Source: Candidatus Saccharimonadota bacterium (GTDB lineage Bacteria; Patescibacteriota; Patescibacteriia; 2-12-FULL-60-25). Taken from it: a stretch of DNA of 32,000 nt. Position numbers and translations under genes: made by a program. The stretch covers positions 510,001-542,000 of the forward strand of contig CP064964.1 in assembly GCA_016699205.1 (NCBI GenBank), read 5' to 3'. Under the pieces are notes generated by a model. The model had not been told where the DNA came from, ran no database searches, and worked only from the letters and a program-made list of their open reading frames with translations. Below are positions 1-7,797 of this stretch, in pieces (the first letter of the stretch is position 1; the number at the start of each line of letters is the position of its first letter).

Positions 1-1006
1 TATAGAGCGTGAGGAACTCTGTGCCGCGCAATCGACCGACGCGAACTTTAAAAACGGATTCACCGGAGCTACCGGAGACAAAGGAGCCCGCGAAATTCCA
101 TGTGCTTGTAGCACTGGGGGCGAGCGTCGAGAGCGTCTGTTCCCATTCATGACCATCAGCTGTCGGCAAAAGTGTGGTACCTGTTGAAGCTGTTGGGATG
201 AAGCCTGTTGGAAATGCGTAGCGGACGATCAAGCCGGATAATTCTTGGCTGCCGCGATTGGCGAGTTCAAAGGTAAAAGGCACTTGGTCGCCAGCAATGG
301 TTTTGGCGGGCAAGAGAACGCGTCCATCAAAAACCGAAGCGCCGTAATCAAGCGATTGCGTGGCGAGGGATTCACGTGAACGAGTTTGACCGGAGGGTCG
401 ATAGGTGGCGATGGCTTGAAATGCGCTTTTAGCGCCGAGTGATCCAAGGAAAATACCCCGTACCGTGATCTGACCTTCTGCCGCCGGAGCGAGCATGCCA
501 AGTTTCCAGGCCGTGTTCTGGGTTTCCGTTGGCCATGGGTCGGTGTAGGTCACTTGGAAATCGGCGGGCCAGGCGAGACGGAGCTCGGCATCGGAAACAG
601 GCTGGAAGGCACGGTTGCGATACTTCACGACGAACGATTGTTCTTGGCCGAGCGTGATCGATGAAGGACCTTCAATCGCTACCTCAAGACCGAGATCATC
701 GATTTCCGTATTTGGCTGGAGCCAGACAAGACCGAGCCAAGCAACGGCGCTCGTCATCGCACACAAAACAAGCAGCCAGGTGAAAAATCGGCGGATGCGA
801 TGCGGCTTGGAGTGCTCGAGCGTAGCAAGATCTTTTTTGCCGCCTTCTGCGAGATAGATTTTTTCCAATCCCCTGGCGACTTCATCGCCTTTCTTTTTTC
901 TGTCATCGGTTTCATCCTCGGAATAGGAAAAAAACGCCTTCTTCCATGGGCGTGGAGGCGGAGGCGGAAGGCGTTTTTTTGAATGTCCTGAGGAGGGCGT
1001 CGTCAT
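1..1006 (-). CDS. Membrane-anchored surface protein, partial (C-terminus lies beyond the left edge). It has a basic/Pro-rich N-terminal tail, one TM helix, then beta-rich Ig-like (DUF11/CARDB-like?) repeats.
   Basis: Hand translation of the minus strand shows no stop from 1006 down to 1. The ORF is absent from the track because it is open-ended. The ATG at 1004-1006 overlaps the TGA of the upstream DUF4012 gene (ATGA). Sequence: MTTPSSGHSKKRLPPPPPRPWKKAFF...RRFFTWLLVLCAMTSAVAWLGLVWL (TM), then ITLGQEQSFVVKYRN..., FTFELANRGSQELSGLIVRYAFP... The domain assignment is weak. Confidence 0.6.
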   Translation of the reverse strand, partial: MTTPSSGHSKKRLPPPPPRPWKKAFFSYSEDETDDRKKKGDEVARGLEKIYLAEGGKKDLATLEHSKPHRIRRFFTWLLVLCAMTSAVAWLGLVWLQPNTEIDDLGLEVAIEGPSSITLGQEQSFVVKYRNRAFQPVSDAELRLAWPADFQVTYTDPWPTETQNTAWKLGMLAPAAEGQITVRGIFLGSLGAKSAFQAIATYRPSGQTRSRESLATQSLDYGASVFDGRVLLPAKTIAGDQVPFTFELANRGSQELSGLIVRYAFPTGFIPTASTGTTLLPTADGHEWEQTLSTLAPSATSTWNFAGSFVSGSSGESVFKVRVGRLRGTEFLTLY

Positions 1007-3630
1007 GGCGTTTGTAATAATCCGGCGACAACCGTATCGCGGTTCCAGAGCCCATCATAACCGATCGTTGGCTGATTGTTGTTAGCCCAAGAAACTTGCC
1101 ACTCGGCCGGTAAGGCAACGGAAGACTTAATAACACGCTCAGGCTTACCCGATTGACTCGTGAGCTGGAGAACGTAAGCCGGTCTGCGGGCGCTGGAAGC
1201 TCGACCAACACCCTCTTGTAATCGGTTGGCGATTTCCGTGACTTCTGTCTCGCCCGGCTCGAGCTGAATCCATCCGCCAAATGCCGTGCGGCCAAATTCA
1301 TCGGTGATGCGGACATTGCCAGGGCCAATGCGGGGACGCGATTCATTTGCGACCACATCTTGGTCTTCCGGATCGGTTGGCAGCGGGGTTTCAAACAGGT
1401 TTTGTGCAGGCGGATTGAAACCTGAAGCGGCGATGAGCTCGCTTCCCTGCGGAACATACACGCGCAGATAGGTGACATTGTTAGCGCCATGGAAAATCTG
1501 TCCTTTTTGTCCGCGATGCGTGCGCGTGATGGTGACTTTATCGGTGATGGAGCCGTCCGGAGCGATGGTTGCGGCGTGCTCGACTTTTTCATCGATCAAT
1601 AGATCGGATTTTTGTCCGCCGATGTTGGTATTTACGACGGCAAGACTATCGCCAGGAACCGTTTTGAGACGGCTCGACCAGCCAAAGCGGTCGGAGAGCT
1701 CTTGCTCATTGTCGCGCGTGAACCAAGCTTGAATATCTTTTTCAACCAAGGCATCCGTTCCGAGTTTTGCAATATCGATCCATTGCTCATTGGACGCTTT
1801 GCTGATGCGCTCGAGCAATTTTGCCATCAAATCGCCAATGAATTTTTTTGGTTTATTTTCCTCGCGATCATACTCGACCTCAACGGCGAGCTGGGCTTCC
1901 TGCATGAAGTTTTCCGAGGTGATGACTTTGCCGTATTCCGGCATTTCAATCGGACCCGTAATTTTGAGCAGGTTTACAACAAGGCGAGCGTTGACCGTGA
2001 GAATGCCATCGAGCGTCGGCTGGCCGGCTTGGCTCCAGAACCAGTTGATTTTTTGGGCCGAGGCGGCGAAATCCGGAAACCAGTTGGCGTCTTGGAATTC
2101 CCAGTGATCGGCAATGAGGCGCATCGGGCCTGGCGCACGGACACGAGCTTTGAGCTGACCTTGAAGGTCGTAAGGGCCGCCACCTGGTACGGAAAGCGAT
2201 TTGATTTCTCCGCGATCAAACACGACTTCTGCGTACGAACCCATGAAACCGCCGGTTGGACGGAGCTCAGCTGGGTTTTGAAAGACAATGAGGTATCGGC
2301 GCTGCGATTCTTCTCCGACTGCGGCGGCAGCGAAAGCCGAGAGAACGCGTAATTCACGCAAACCGGTTTGTACTTTGGAAAGCAGTTCCTGCGCTTCTTC
2401 TGCTTGCGGACGAACATCGGCCGGCAACGATTCCAACTTCACGCGCGACATCGAGCTAACCGCGTCTTCCAAAAGCGGAGCGGCGGCTTCGATATACGTC
2501 TGCATGAGACGGATGCGTTCTACCGGGTAGCGGATCATTCCGTCTTTTGCCTTGTCCGCGCCTTTGGCGAGCATGCCGGCGGCTTCTGCAGCTTTTTGTC
2601 CGGAGGCAACGAGCGCGCGGGCTGAAGCGTAGGCATCGCGTGTTTGCGGGAGCGCTTGAGAAACAGCAACCGCGAGTACGTTAACGCGATTCAATGCGCG
2701 GTCGCTTTCAGCGAGAGAAGCAGCGGCATTCCCCCATTCCATCGCTTTTGCTTCATCGATAGCGGCGCGGCTATTGCCTTCAATCGATGTCCAAGATGCA
2801 GAAAGCGAACGTCCGAGAGAGACGGCTCCGGCTGGCAATGAAACAAAGAGTGCGAGACCCAGAAAACCGGCAACGACACGCAAAGGCGCCAAACGCGGCA
2901 CCAAAACAGGTGCACCCCAAGCTTGCTCGGTGTTGGTAATGACCTGCTCGACGTCTTCACGGATTTCTTCAACAGCATCCTCGACCTTATGTTCAAAAGC
3001 GACGATTTCTTGAGCGATGGAAGGCTTTTTCTCCGCGACTTGGACTGGTCGAGGCTTAGCTTCACCCAAATCCGCATGTTCCCAGGTAATGAAAGGCGCG
3101 CGAATTCTGTTCCACCAGCGATAGCGTTCCTGAAAAGCTGTCTCGGCCTCGCCTGGCGTGTATTGCTCGACGTACCAGTGCGGGTCGGGCTGAACCAAAG
3201 ACAAGTCGGATGCGGCGGCGGCGAGCGCGTCGAGGGAGACGGGTGCGTCGTAGGGAGCGCTCCACTTGTGAATCTCTGCCATGACTGGCTGATGCAGTTC
3301 CGGCTTGTGAGCGCGAGCCGGGCGGACAACCGGCAAAACATGTGCGCTTGCGCTGTGATCCCCTTGTCGGACTTCCAAACGCTTGGCGTGCGAGACACGT
3401 ACAATTTTTTGGACAAGCGCGATGTCCAAATCGAGAATCGGATTTTGCAGTGGCGCTGTTTCCTGGACGCTGGATTTAATTATTTCCGTTTCTACCGACA
3501 TTGAAACCGATGCCGAATCAACCTCGACATGCTCGACCACGTTGGCGAGCTGACTCTCCAGACGCGAGCGCTCGTTCATGACGCGCCACTCGGGTCTTTG
3601 GTTTTTAGGTTGTCGCTTGGAGCGCGGCAT
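1003..3630 (-). CDS. DUF4012 domain-containing membrane protein
   Basis: 875-aa ORF. The motif RYLIVFQNPAELRPTGGFMGSYAEVVFDRGEI matches the DUF4012 signature as I remember it. It has a long acidic N-terminal region followed by a TM helix (VVAGFLGLALFVSLPAGAV). The start lies 9 nt after the GT stop. Confidence 0.7.
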   Translation of the reverse strand: MPRSKRQPKNQRPEWRVMNERSRLESQLANVVEHVEVDSASVSMSVETEIIKSSVQETAPLQNPILDLDIALVQKIVRVSHAKRLEVRQGDHSASAHVLPVVRPARAHKPELHQPVMAEIHKWSAPYDAPVSLDALAAAASDLSLVQPDPHWYVEQYTPGEAETAFQERYRWWNRIRAPFITWEHADLGEAKPRPVQVAEKKPSIAQEIVAFEHKVEDAVEEIREDVEQVITNTEQAWGAPVLVPRLAPLRVVAGFLGLALFVSLPAGAVSLGRSLSASWTSIEGNSRAAIDEAKAMEWGNAAASLAESDRALNRVNVLAVAVSQALPQTRDAYASARALVASGQKAAEAAGMLAKGADKAKDGMIRYPVERIRLMQTYIEAAAPLLEDAVSSMSRVKLESLPADVRPQAEEAQELLSKVQTGLRELRVLSAFAAAAVGEESQRRYLIVFQNPAELRPTGGFMGSYAEVVFDRGEIKSLSVPGGGPYDLQGQLKARVRAPGPMRLIADHWEFQDANWFPDFAASAQKINWFWSQAGQPTLDGILTVNARLVVNLLKITGPIEMPEYGKVITSENFMQEAQLAVEVEYDREENKPKKFIGDLMAKLLERISKASNEQWIDIAKLGTDALVEKDIQAWFTRDNEQELSDRFGWSSRLKTVPGDSLAVVNTNIGGQKSDLLIDEKVEHAATIAPDGSITDKVTITRTHRGQKGQIFHGANNVTYLRVYVPQGSELIAASGFNPPAQNLFETPLPTDPEDQDVVANESRPRIGPGNVRITDEFGRTAFGGWIQLEPGETEVTEIANRLQEGVGRASSARRPAYVLQLTSQSGKPERVIKSSVALPAEWQVSWANNNQPTIGYDGLWNRDTVVAGLLQTP

Positions 3631-3639
3631 GGGGAATGA

Positions 3640-4725
3640 TCAATGATGGTGTGCGATGGAGCGGAGTGCGGCGAGCGTCTTGCCTGCCGCGTCTTCCCAG
3701 CGATGGCGACGGCGTACTTCCTGGCCTCCTTGGTGGGCTTCCGACTTGGCTTTTGGGAGGTCGGCTAGGCAGCTTTCGATCGCCGTAATCATACCATCTT
3801 TATCGCCAGACTTGAAGAAGAAAACGCCTTCCGAGGGTAGGACTTCCCGCAGCACCGGAATATCCGAGGCGATGACTGGCGTTCCGGCTGAAAGCGCCTC
3901 GATTGGCGGTAGGCCAAAACCTTCAAACGAGGTCGGGAAGACAAAGGCGGAAGCGTTGGAATAGAGCGTTGCGAGCTCTTGGTCGTCAGGCGAACCGACA
4001 AAGAGTACATTCTTGACGCCATTATTTTGGACCTGGGATTTGATACGTGAGAGAAATACATCGTCCTTGCCGGTGATGACAAGCGAGAGCTGCGGATGTT
4101 TTTTTGAAATGATCGACCAGCTATCAATGAGCAGATCGAGACGTTTGTGCGGATATGCGGAACCGACGTAGAGAAGATAGTTTTCAGTTTTTAGTGGCCA
4201 GTGGTCAGTACTGACACCTGACACCTGATCACTGACCACTGCACTTAGTCCTTCCCCTGTTACAACAACGTTCTTGTATGCTGATGGGTAATATTTTTTT
4301 ATATCATCGGCAACCGCTTGCGTGGGGACGAGGATGATTGAAGCGCGATGAATCGCGTTTGATAGAACGATGCGATGACCGAGCCGCTTTAACCAAGAAA
4401 TGATCGGACCACGCGTGGAAGCTTTGGCGCTCGCGGGTTGATGCCGCAAAAGAAGATCATGGATGGTGATGGCGAGCGGGCCTCGATAGAGAAGCGGGAC
4501 ATTCCAGTGCGGAACCCAGAGGAGGTCGGGTTTGGCGGCGCGGATAACTGAAGGAAAACGGAGCTGTTCGGCTAAGCCGTACCAAGTAATTGAGGATTCC
4601 AGCAGCACGAGTTCATCGTTTTGTGTCAGTTTTGGGCGGATGTGGTCGGTTATCTCCTTTATATAACGTCCAATACCGCGGGTTTTCCCGGCTCCCATCA
4701 TTCTGGCGTCGACAACGAGTCGCAT
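3640..4725 (-). CDS. Glycosyltransferase family 4 (GT1-fold)
   Basis: ORF 3640..4866 trimmed to the MRLVVDARMMGAGKTRGIGRY start (ATG at 4723-4725). EGFGLPPIEALSAGTPVIASDIPVLREV is the typical GT4 C-terminal motif. This is the first gene of a GT-DUF4012-surface protein operon. Confidence 0.8.
   Translation of the reverse strand: MRLVVDARMMGAGKTRGIGRYIKEITDHIRPKLTQNDELVLLESSITWYGLAEQLRFPSVIRAAKPDLLWVPHWNVPLLYRGPLAITIHDLLLRHQPASAKASTRGPIISWLKRLGHRIVLSNAIHRASIILVPTQAVADDIKKYYPSAYKNVVVTGEGLSAVVSDQVSGVSTDHWPLKTENYLLYVGSAYPHKRLDLLIDSWSIISKKHPQLSLVITGKDDVFLSRIKSQVQNNGVKNVLFVGSPDDQELATLYSNASAFVFPTSFEGFGLPPIEALSAGTPVIASDIPVLREVLPSEGVFFFKSGDKDGMITAIESCLADLPKAKSEAHQGGQEVRRRHRWEDAAGKTLAALRSIAHHH
4192..4248. 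repeat. Palindromic heptamer-rich insert inside the GT gene. It contains the 12-mer ACTGACACCTGA shared with 16880-16905.
   Basis: The arms cagtggtcagt (4199-4209) and actgaccactg (4231-4241) are perfect reverse complements. The loop carries ctgacac/ctgacac tandem units. The insert is in frame and encodes SAVVSDQVSGVSTDH in the inter-domain linker. Confidence 0.6.
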
Positions 4726-4779
4726 AGATACAAGCACCTTAACCCGTTGACGAAAAACACGGAATATGTGAGATTCTGA

Positions 4780-5051
4780 CCTACGTACAGGAATTTGGAA
4801 GGCGAGCTTATCCCCGACCAGCGGACGCGGTGGCTCACCGCGCGAGCTGTATAAGGATCCGTCCAAATCGCGTCCGCAAGGGCGAAATCCTAGGGCAGGT
4901 GATGTTGTGTCCCGACCTCCGGAAGCGCGACATCAAGACGCATGAAGAGCTAAAGCTGCCAGAGTCCAGGCTGGCAACTGATAGTGCGGCGCCCTGCCCG
5001 GCGCTATTCTGACCCCGATCCGACGTACTGGATCGGGGTCTTCTCTTTTTT
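4780..5051 (+). ncRNA. Candidate structured small RNA of unknown family, with its own intrinsic terminator
   Basis: No credible ORF is present. Possible promoter: TTGACG (4747-4752), 17 nt, GAGATT (4770-4775). Several GC stems are visible, e.g. cgtcc-GCAA-gggcg and ggcgcc-ctgccc-ggcgct, whose G.U pairs only work on the plus strand. A strong terminator follows: gaccccgatcc/ggatcggggtc (5011-5040) plus ttctctttttt. Confidence 0.3.
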
Positions 5052-5081
5052 GATGATTTCGTCTAGGATGCTGGGACTCAT

Positions 5082-5158
5082 CGGGCTGTAGCGCAGTTGG
5101 CTAGCGCATCTGCTTTGGGAGCAGAGGGTCGTGGGTTCGAGTCCCACCAGCCCGACCA
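5082..5158 (+). tRNA. tRNA-Pro (anticodon UGG), CCA encoded
   Basis: Cloverleaf read by eye: acceptor cgggctg/cagcccg, anticodon stem tctgc/gcaga with loop TT-TGG-GA, T arm gtggg-ttcgagt-cccac. Confidence 0.9.
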
Positions 5159-5163
5159 TCAAT

Positions 5164-5190
5164 AAATCCGCCGAAAGGCGGATTTGTTTT
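5164..5190 (+). terminator. Intrinsic terminator after tRNA-Pro
   Basis: aaatccgcc-gaaa-ggcggattt followed by gtttt. Confidence 0.75.
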
Positions 5191-5263
5191 ACCCTTTCGT
5201 TATTGACGAAAACAGTTGGTTGTGGCATTAATTCCAACCCACGCACCTTTAACGGGGGTATCC

Positions 5264-5593
5264 ATGGAGCTCCAGTCCTCGCTCACAGACGAGTCGCCGG
5301 TCGTCACGCTCAAGTCCGGCCATAGGGTCTCGAGCTTCCTCGTGAAGCAGGTCATGTCCAAGGTCAAGGAAATGCAGGAAGACATGAAGAACGGAGCGAT
5401 TCTCTTGAACGACCTCGTTATGAGGTGTCGGGACGAGAATCACGAGTTCTTCATCGGCTGCCAGTGGAAACTCGCAGAGCTCGGGTTCCTCGACACGAAC
5501 GACAATGTCATACCTTCCATGCGGGAGATCATCCTCTCCTCCGCCACAGAGCATGGCAACGGATTCTCCTTTCACTCCCCGATCGCCAGCTAG
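5264..5593 (+). CDS. Hypothetical protein (109 aa), GC-rich orphan next to tRNA-Pro
   Basis: ORF 5216..5593 trimmed to MELQSSL (ATG 5264), which is preceded by GGGGG. No family recognised. A terminator follows. Confidence 0.5.
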   Translation: MELQSSLTDESPVVTLKSGHRVSSFLVKQVMSKVKEMQEDMKNGAILLNDLVMRCRDENHEFFIGCQWKLAELGFLDTNDNVIPSMREIILSSATEHGNGFSFHSPIAS

Positions 5594-5610
5594 TACAGGC
5601 CTACCGCTAT

Positions 5611-5645
5611 AACGGCCCGACATCTGTCGGGCCGTTTATTGTTTT
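5611..5645 (+). terminator. Intrinsic terminator
   Basis: aacggcccgac-atct-gtcgggccgtt followed by tattgtttt. Confidence 0.75.
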
Positions 5646-5695
5646 ATAAGAACCCTCGACAGAATCGAAAAATCGTGCTACACATCGCGTGATTT

Positions 5696-6913
5696 ATGAA
5701 CTACCCCATCGCCACATTATTGCCGGGCCGAGACACGCCAGTACGCGCGGGTCATCCTTGGATTTTTTCCAAAGCGATTGCCAAAGAACCAAAGCCATCT
5801 CCGGCTAATGGCGAGCTTGTTTTAGTGCAGTCGGCCAAAGGTGATTCGATCGGCCTTGGAACATGGGGCGCGGGTGCGTCGATCCGTATCCGCATGCTGA
5901 CGACCGATAGCAAAGCTGTGATCGATACGGATTGGTTTATCGAGAAGTTGCGTGCCATCGATACCTGGAAAAAGACACATCTTCCTGCGGATACGGATGG
6001 GTATCGCGTTGTGTATGCCGAGTCGGATGGCATTCCAGGATTGATTGTGGATCGCTATGCGGATGTGATCGTCATGCAGATTCATACGGCCGGTATGGAT
6101 CGTTTGCGTACGGAGATTCTCCAGGCGTTACAGGAAGTATTTGAGCCACGCGCGATCGTGGAGCGCTCCGACATCGAGTCGCGTTTGCGCGATGGTTTGC
6201 AGATGATTGAGCCGATTGTTCGTCACGGTGAGATCGATAAGCCGGTCGCATTTAAGGAACATGGTCTGACATTTTTGGCCGATGTTCTTGGCGGACAGAA
6301 AACGGGATTCTTTCTTGATCAGCGCGAGACGCCGTCACTTGCGTTGGAACGCTATCGAAGGACAAACATGTATTGAATCTCTTTGGATATACGGGCGGAT
6401 TTAGCGTGCATGCCGGCCAAAGGCGGTGCGAGTTTTGTGACGACGGTTGATTTGTCAGAATCGGCGTTGGAACTTGCGCAGCAAAACTTGAAAGCGAATG
6501 GATTTGATCCAGAAGATGAAAGCCAATTCCTTTTGCTCGAGGCCGATGTGATGGATTTGATTCGCGAACGCGAACTTGCTGGCGCACCCTATGATTTGAT
6601 CGTGTGTGATCCGCCGGCTTTTGCAAAAACGGGCACGCAATCCGAGAACGCGCTCGATGCGTACACAAAACTCAATATGGAATGCTTGATGCGTCTTGGC
6701 CAAGGCGGCATTCTCGTGACGAGCTCTTGTTCCGGACGCGTGACTCCTGATGAATTCAAGTCGATGCTGCGTATTGCCGCAGGACGGGCTGGCCGCGATG
6801 TGCGATTGATTGCGGAACTTGGACATGACATCGATCATGCCGAGCGCATCGCGTTTCCGGAGGGTCGCTATCTGAAGACATTGGTTGTCGAGGTGACGAA
6901 CATCATCAAATAA
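5696..6913 (+). pseudogene. RlmI/RlmK-like class I SAM-dependent rRNA (cytosine-C5) methyltransferase with PUA-like N-terminus. It is disrupted by two compensating frameshifts around SAM motif I.
   Basis: Track ORFs 5696..6376 and 6383..6913 are in the same frame, separated by TGA at 6374-6376. The N-terminal part ends GFFLDQRETPSLALERY. The expected motif I (KDKHVLNLFGYTGGFSVHA) is encoded at about 6357-6412 in the -1 frame. The original frame resumes with AKGGASFVTTVDLSESALELAQQNL...DLIVCDPPAF. Confidence 0.7.
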
Positions 6914-6919
6914 ATAAAC

Positions 6920-6950
6920 AAAAAAGCTCCCGCGTCGGGAGCTTTTTTGT
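6920..6950. terminator. Bidirectional intrinsic terminator (A-tract / hairpin / T-tract)
   Basis: aaaaa-agctcccg-cgt-cgggagct-tttttgt, located between the methyltransferase gene and the convergent tRNA-Gly. Confidence 0.75.
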
Positions 6951-7029
6951 TGGAGCGGGTGAGGGGAATCGATCGAACCCCTGTCAACAGGTTGGAAACC
7001 TGTGGTAATAGCCATTATACGACACCCGC
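6951..7029 (-). tRNA. tRNA-Gly (anticodon UCC), CCA encoded, with an atypical 11-nt T-loop
   Basis: Reverse complement: gcgggtg tc gtat aatggcta ttac c acagg TT-TCC-AA cctgt tgac agggg ttcgatcgatt cccct cacccgc t cca. The T-loop reads ttcgaTCGAtt instead of the usual 7 nt. Confidence 0.7.
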
Positions 7030-7105
7030 GAACGGGAGAAATCTACTTGAAATGCTTTTTTTAGGCAAGACGCTCCTGTGCTATGCTTCATGAGCGGAGG
7101 TTTCT

Positions 7106-7603
7106 ATGCGACAGATATTGCTGATCGCGCGTCAGCTGACGGTTGCAGGGGCGATGATCGACCCGCAAACAGCCAAGTTCATCGACACGCAGAAAGATCT
7201 CCACGAAGAAATTTCTGCGGAACTCTCTACCTTTGGCCAAGTTCTCAAGAAGAGCACGAGCGGTGTCTTTCCCCGCGCTCAGACGCCAGCACCCGACACA
7301 AAGTCGGTCGAGCTCGCGCCCACGTTCTTTGCCGAGATTTTGCCACTCGTTATCAAGTCAGACTGTGTCGTCGTTGTCCGCGACGGCCAAAATGATTTGC
7401 GAGGCGCCATCGTCATGTTTGCATCCATGGAGAGACGTCCGGTCCTTGCCCTTCTGCAGGAACCGAAAGGCGTTCACCTCCCCGGCGACCCCCTCTACCA
7501 TCTACCCAACATCACCAACGTCCGTTTCCATCATTTCCCAGAAGCCAAAAATGGCATCGCGAGATTCATGAACGGAATCCCGCTACGACAAGCGGCCGGC
7601 TGA
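7106..7603 (+). CDS. Hypothetical protein (165 aa) between two tRNA genes
   Basis: GGAGG lies 6 nt upstream of the ATG at 7106. The SDCVVVVRDGQNDLRGAIVMFASMERRPVLAL segment looks like a Rossmann-type beta-alpha unit, but no family is recognised. Confidence 0.55.
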   Translation: MRQILLIARQLTVAGAMIDPQTAKFIDTQKDLHEEISAELSTFGQVLKKSTSGVFPRAQTPAPDTKSVELAPTFFAEILPLVIKSDCVVVVRDGQNDLRGAIVMFASMERRPVLALLQEPKGVHLPGDPLYHLPNITNVRFHHFPEAKNGIARFMNGIPLRQAAG

Positions 7604-7605
7604 CT

Positions 7606-7640
7606 AGAGGGAGGCTGATATAGCCTCCCTCTTCACATTT
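7606..7640 (+). terminator. Intrinsic terminator
   Basis: agagggaggct-gatat-agcctccctct followed by tcacattt (weak T tract). Confidence 0.55.
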
Positions 7641-7681
7641 CTAGCGACATTTGGTACTGTCTGCGAGCAAAAATACCACGC

Positions 7682-7756
7682 GCCGAGGTAGCTCAGTGGT
7701 AGAGCGAAGGACTGAAAATCCTTGCGTCGCCAGTTCGATCCTGGCTCTCGGCACCA
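7682..7756 (+). tRNA. tRNA-Phe (anticodon GAA), CCA encoded
   Basis: gccgagg ta gctc agtggta gagc g aagga CT-GAA-AA tcctt gcgtc gccag ttcgatc ctggc tctcggc a cca. Confidence 0.9.
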
Positions 7757-7760
7757 TGAG

Positions 7761-7797
7761 GGACGACCCTACTCACAGGGTCGTTCTTCTTTTTTCC
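7761..7797 (+). terminator. Intrinsic terminator after tRNA-Phe
   Basis: ggacgaccct-actcac-agggtcgttc followed by ttcttttttcc. Confidence 0.75.

Noticed and set aside
932-982. Hairpin with flanking A- and T-tracts that looks like a bidirectional rho-independent terminator, plus track ORFs 800..982(+) and 912..1592(-).
   Set aside because: It lies inside a continuous minus-strand reading frame (1..1006) whose ATG overlaps the upstream stop. The track ORFs here are out-of-frame shadows. The hairpin is kept only as a note within the operon finding.
1612-2352. 246-aa plus-strand ORF and several others antisense to the DUF4012 gene. Similarly 17001..17525, 19367..20068 and 21404..21874 within the A2M-like gene.
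   Set aside because: They overlap strongly supported minus-strand genes and have no recognisable motifs or start context.
5590-5690. Search for direct repeats of the tRNA-Pro or tRNA-Phe 3' ends (att-like) bounding the adjacent orphan genes.
   Set aside because: Only a 7-nt match (gcccgac) was found by eye, which is not significant. No integrase is present. Island boundaries therefore remain undefined.
6374-6376. In-frame TGA in the methyltransferase gene as possible stop-codon reassignment (TGA=Gly/Trp, as in some candidate phyla).
   Set aside because: Many well-defined genes here terminate at TGA, e.g. the DUF4012 gene, the A2M C-terminal fragment and the lipoprotein. The conserved motif I is in a different frame, so read-through would not restore the protein.
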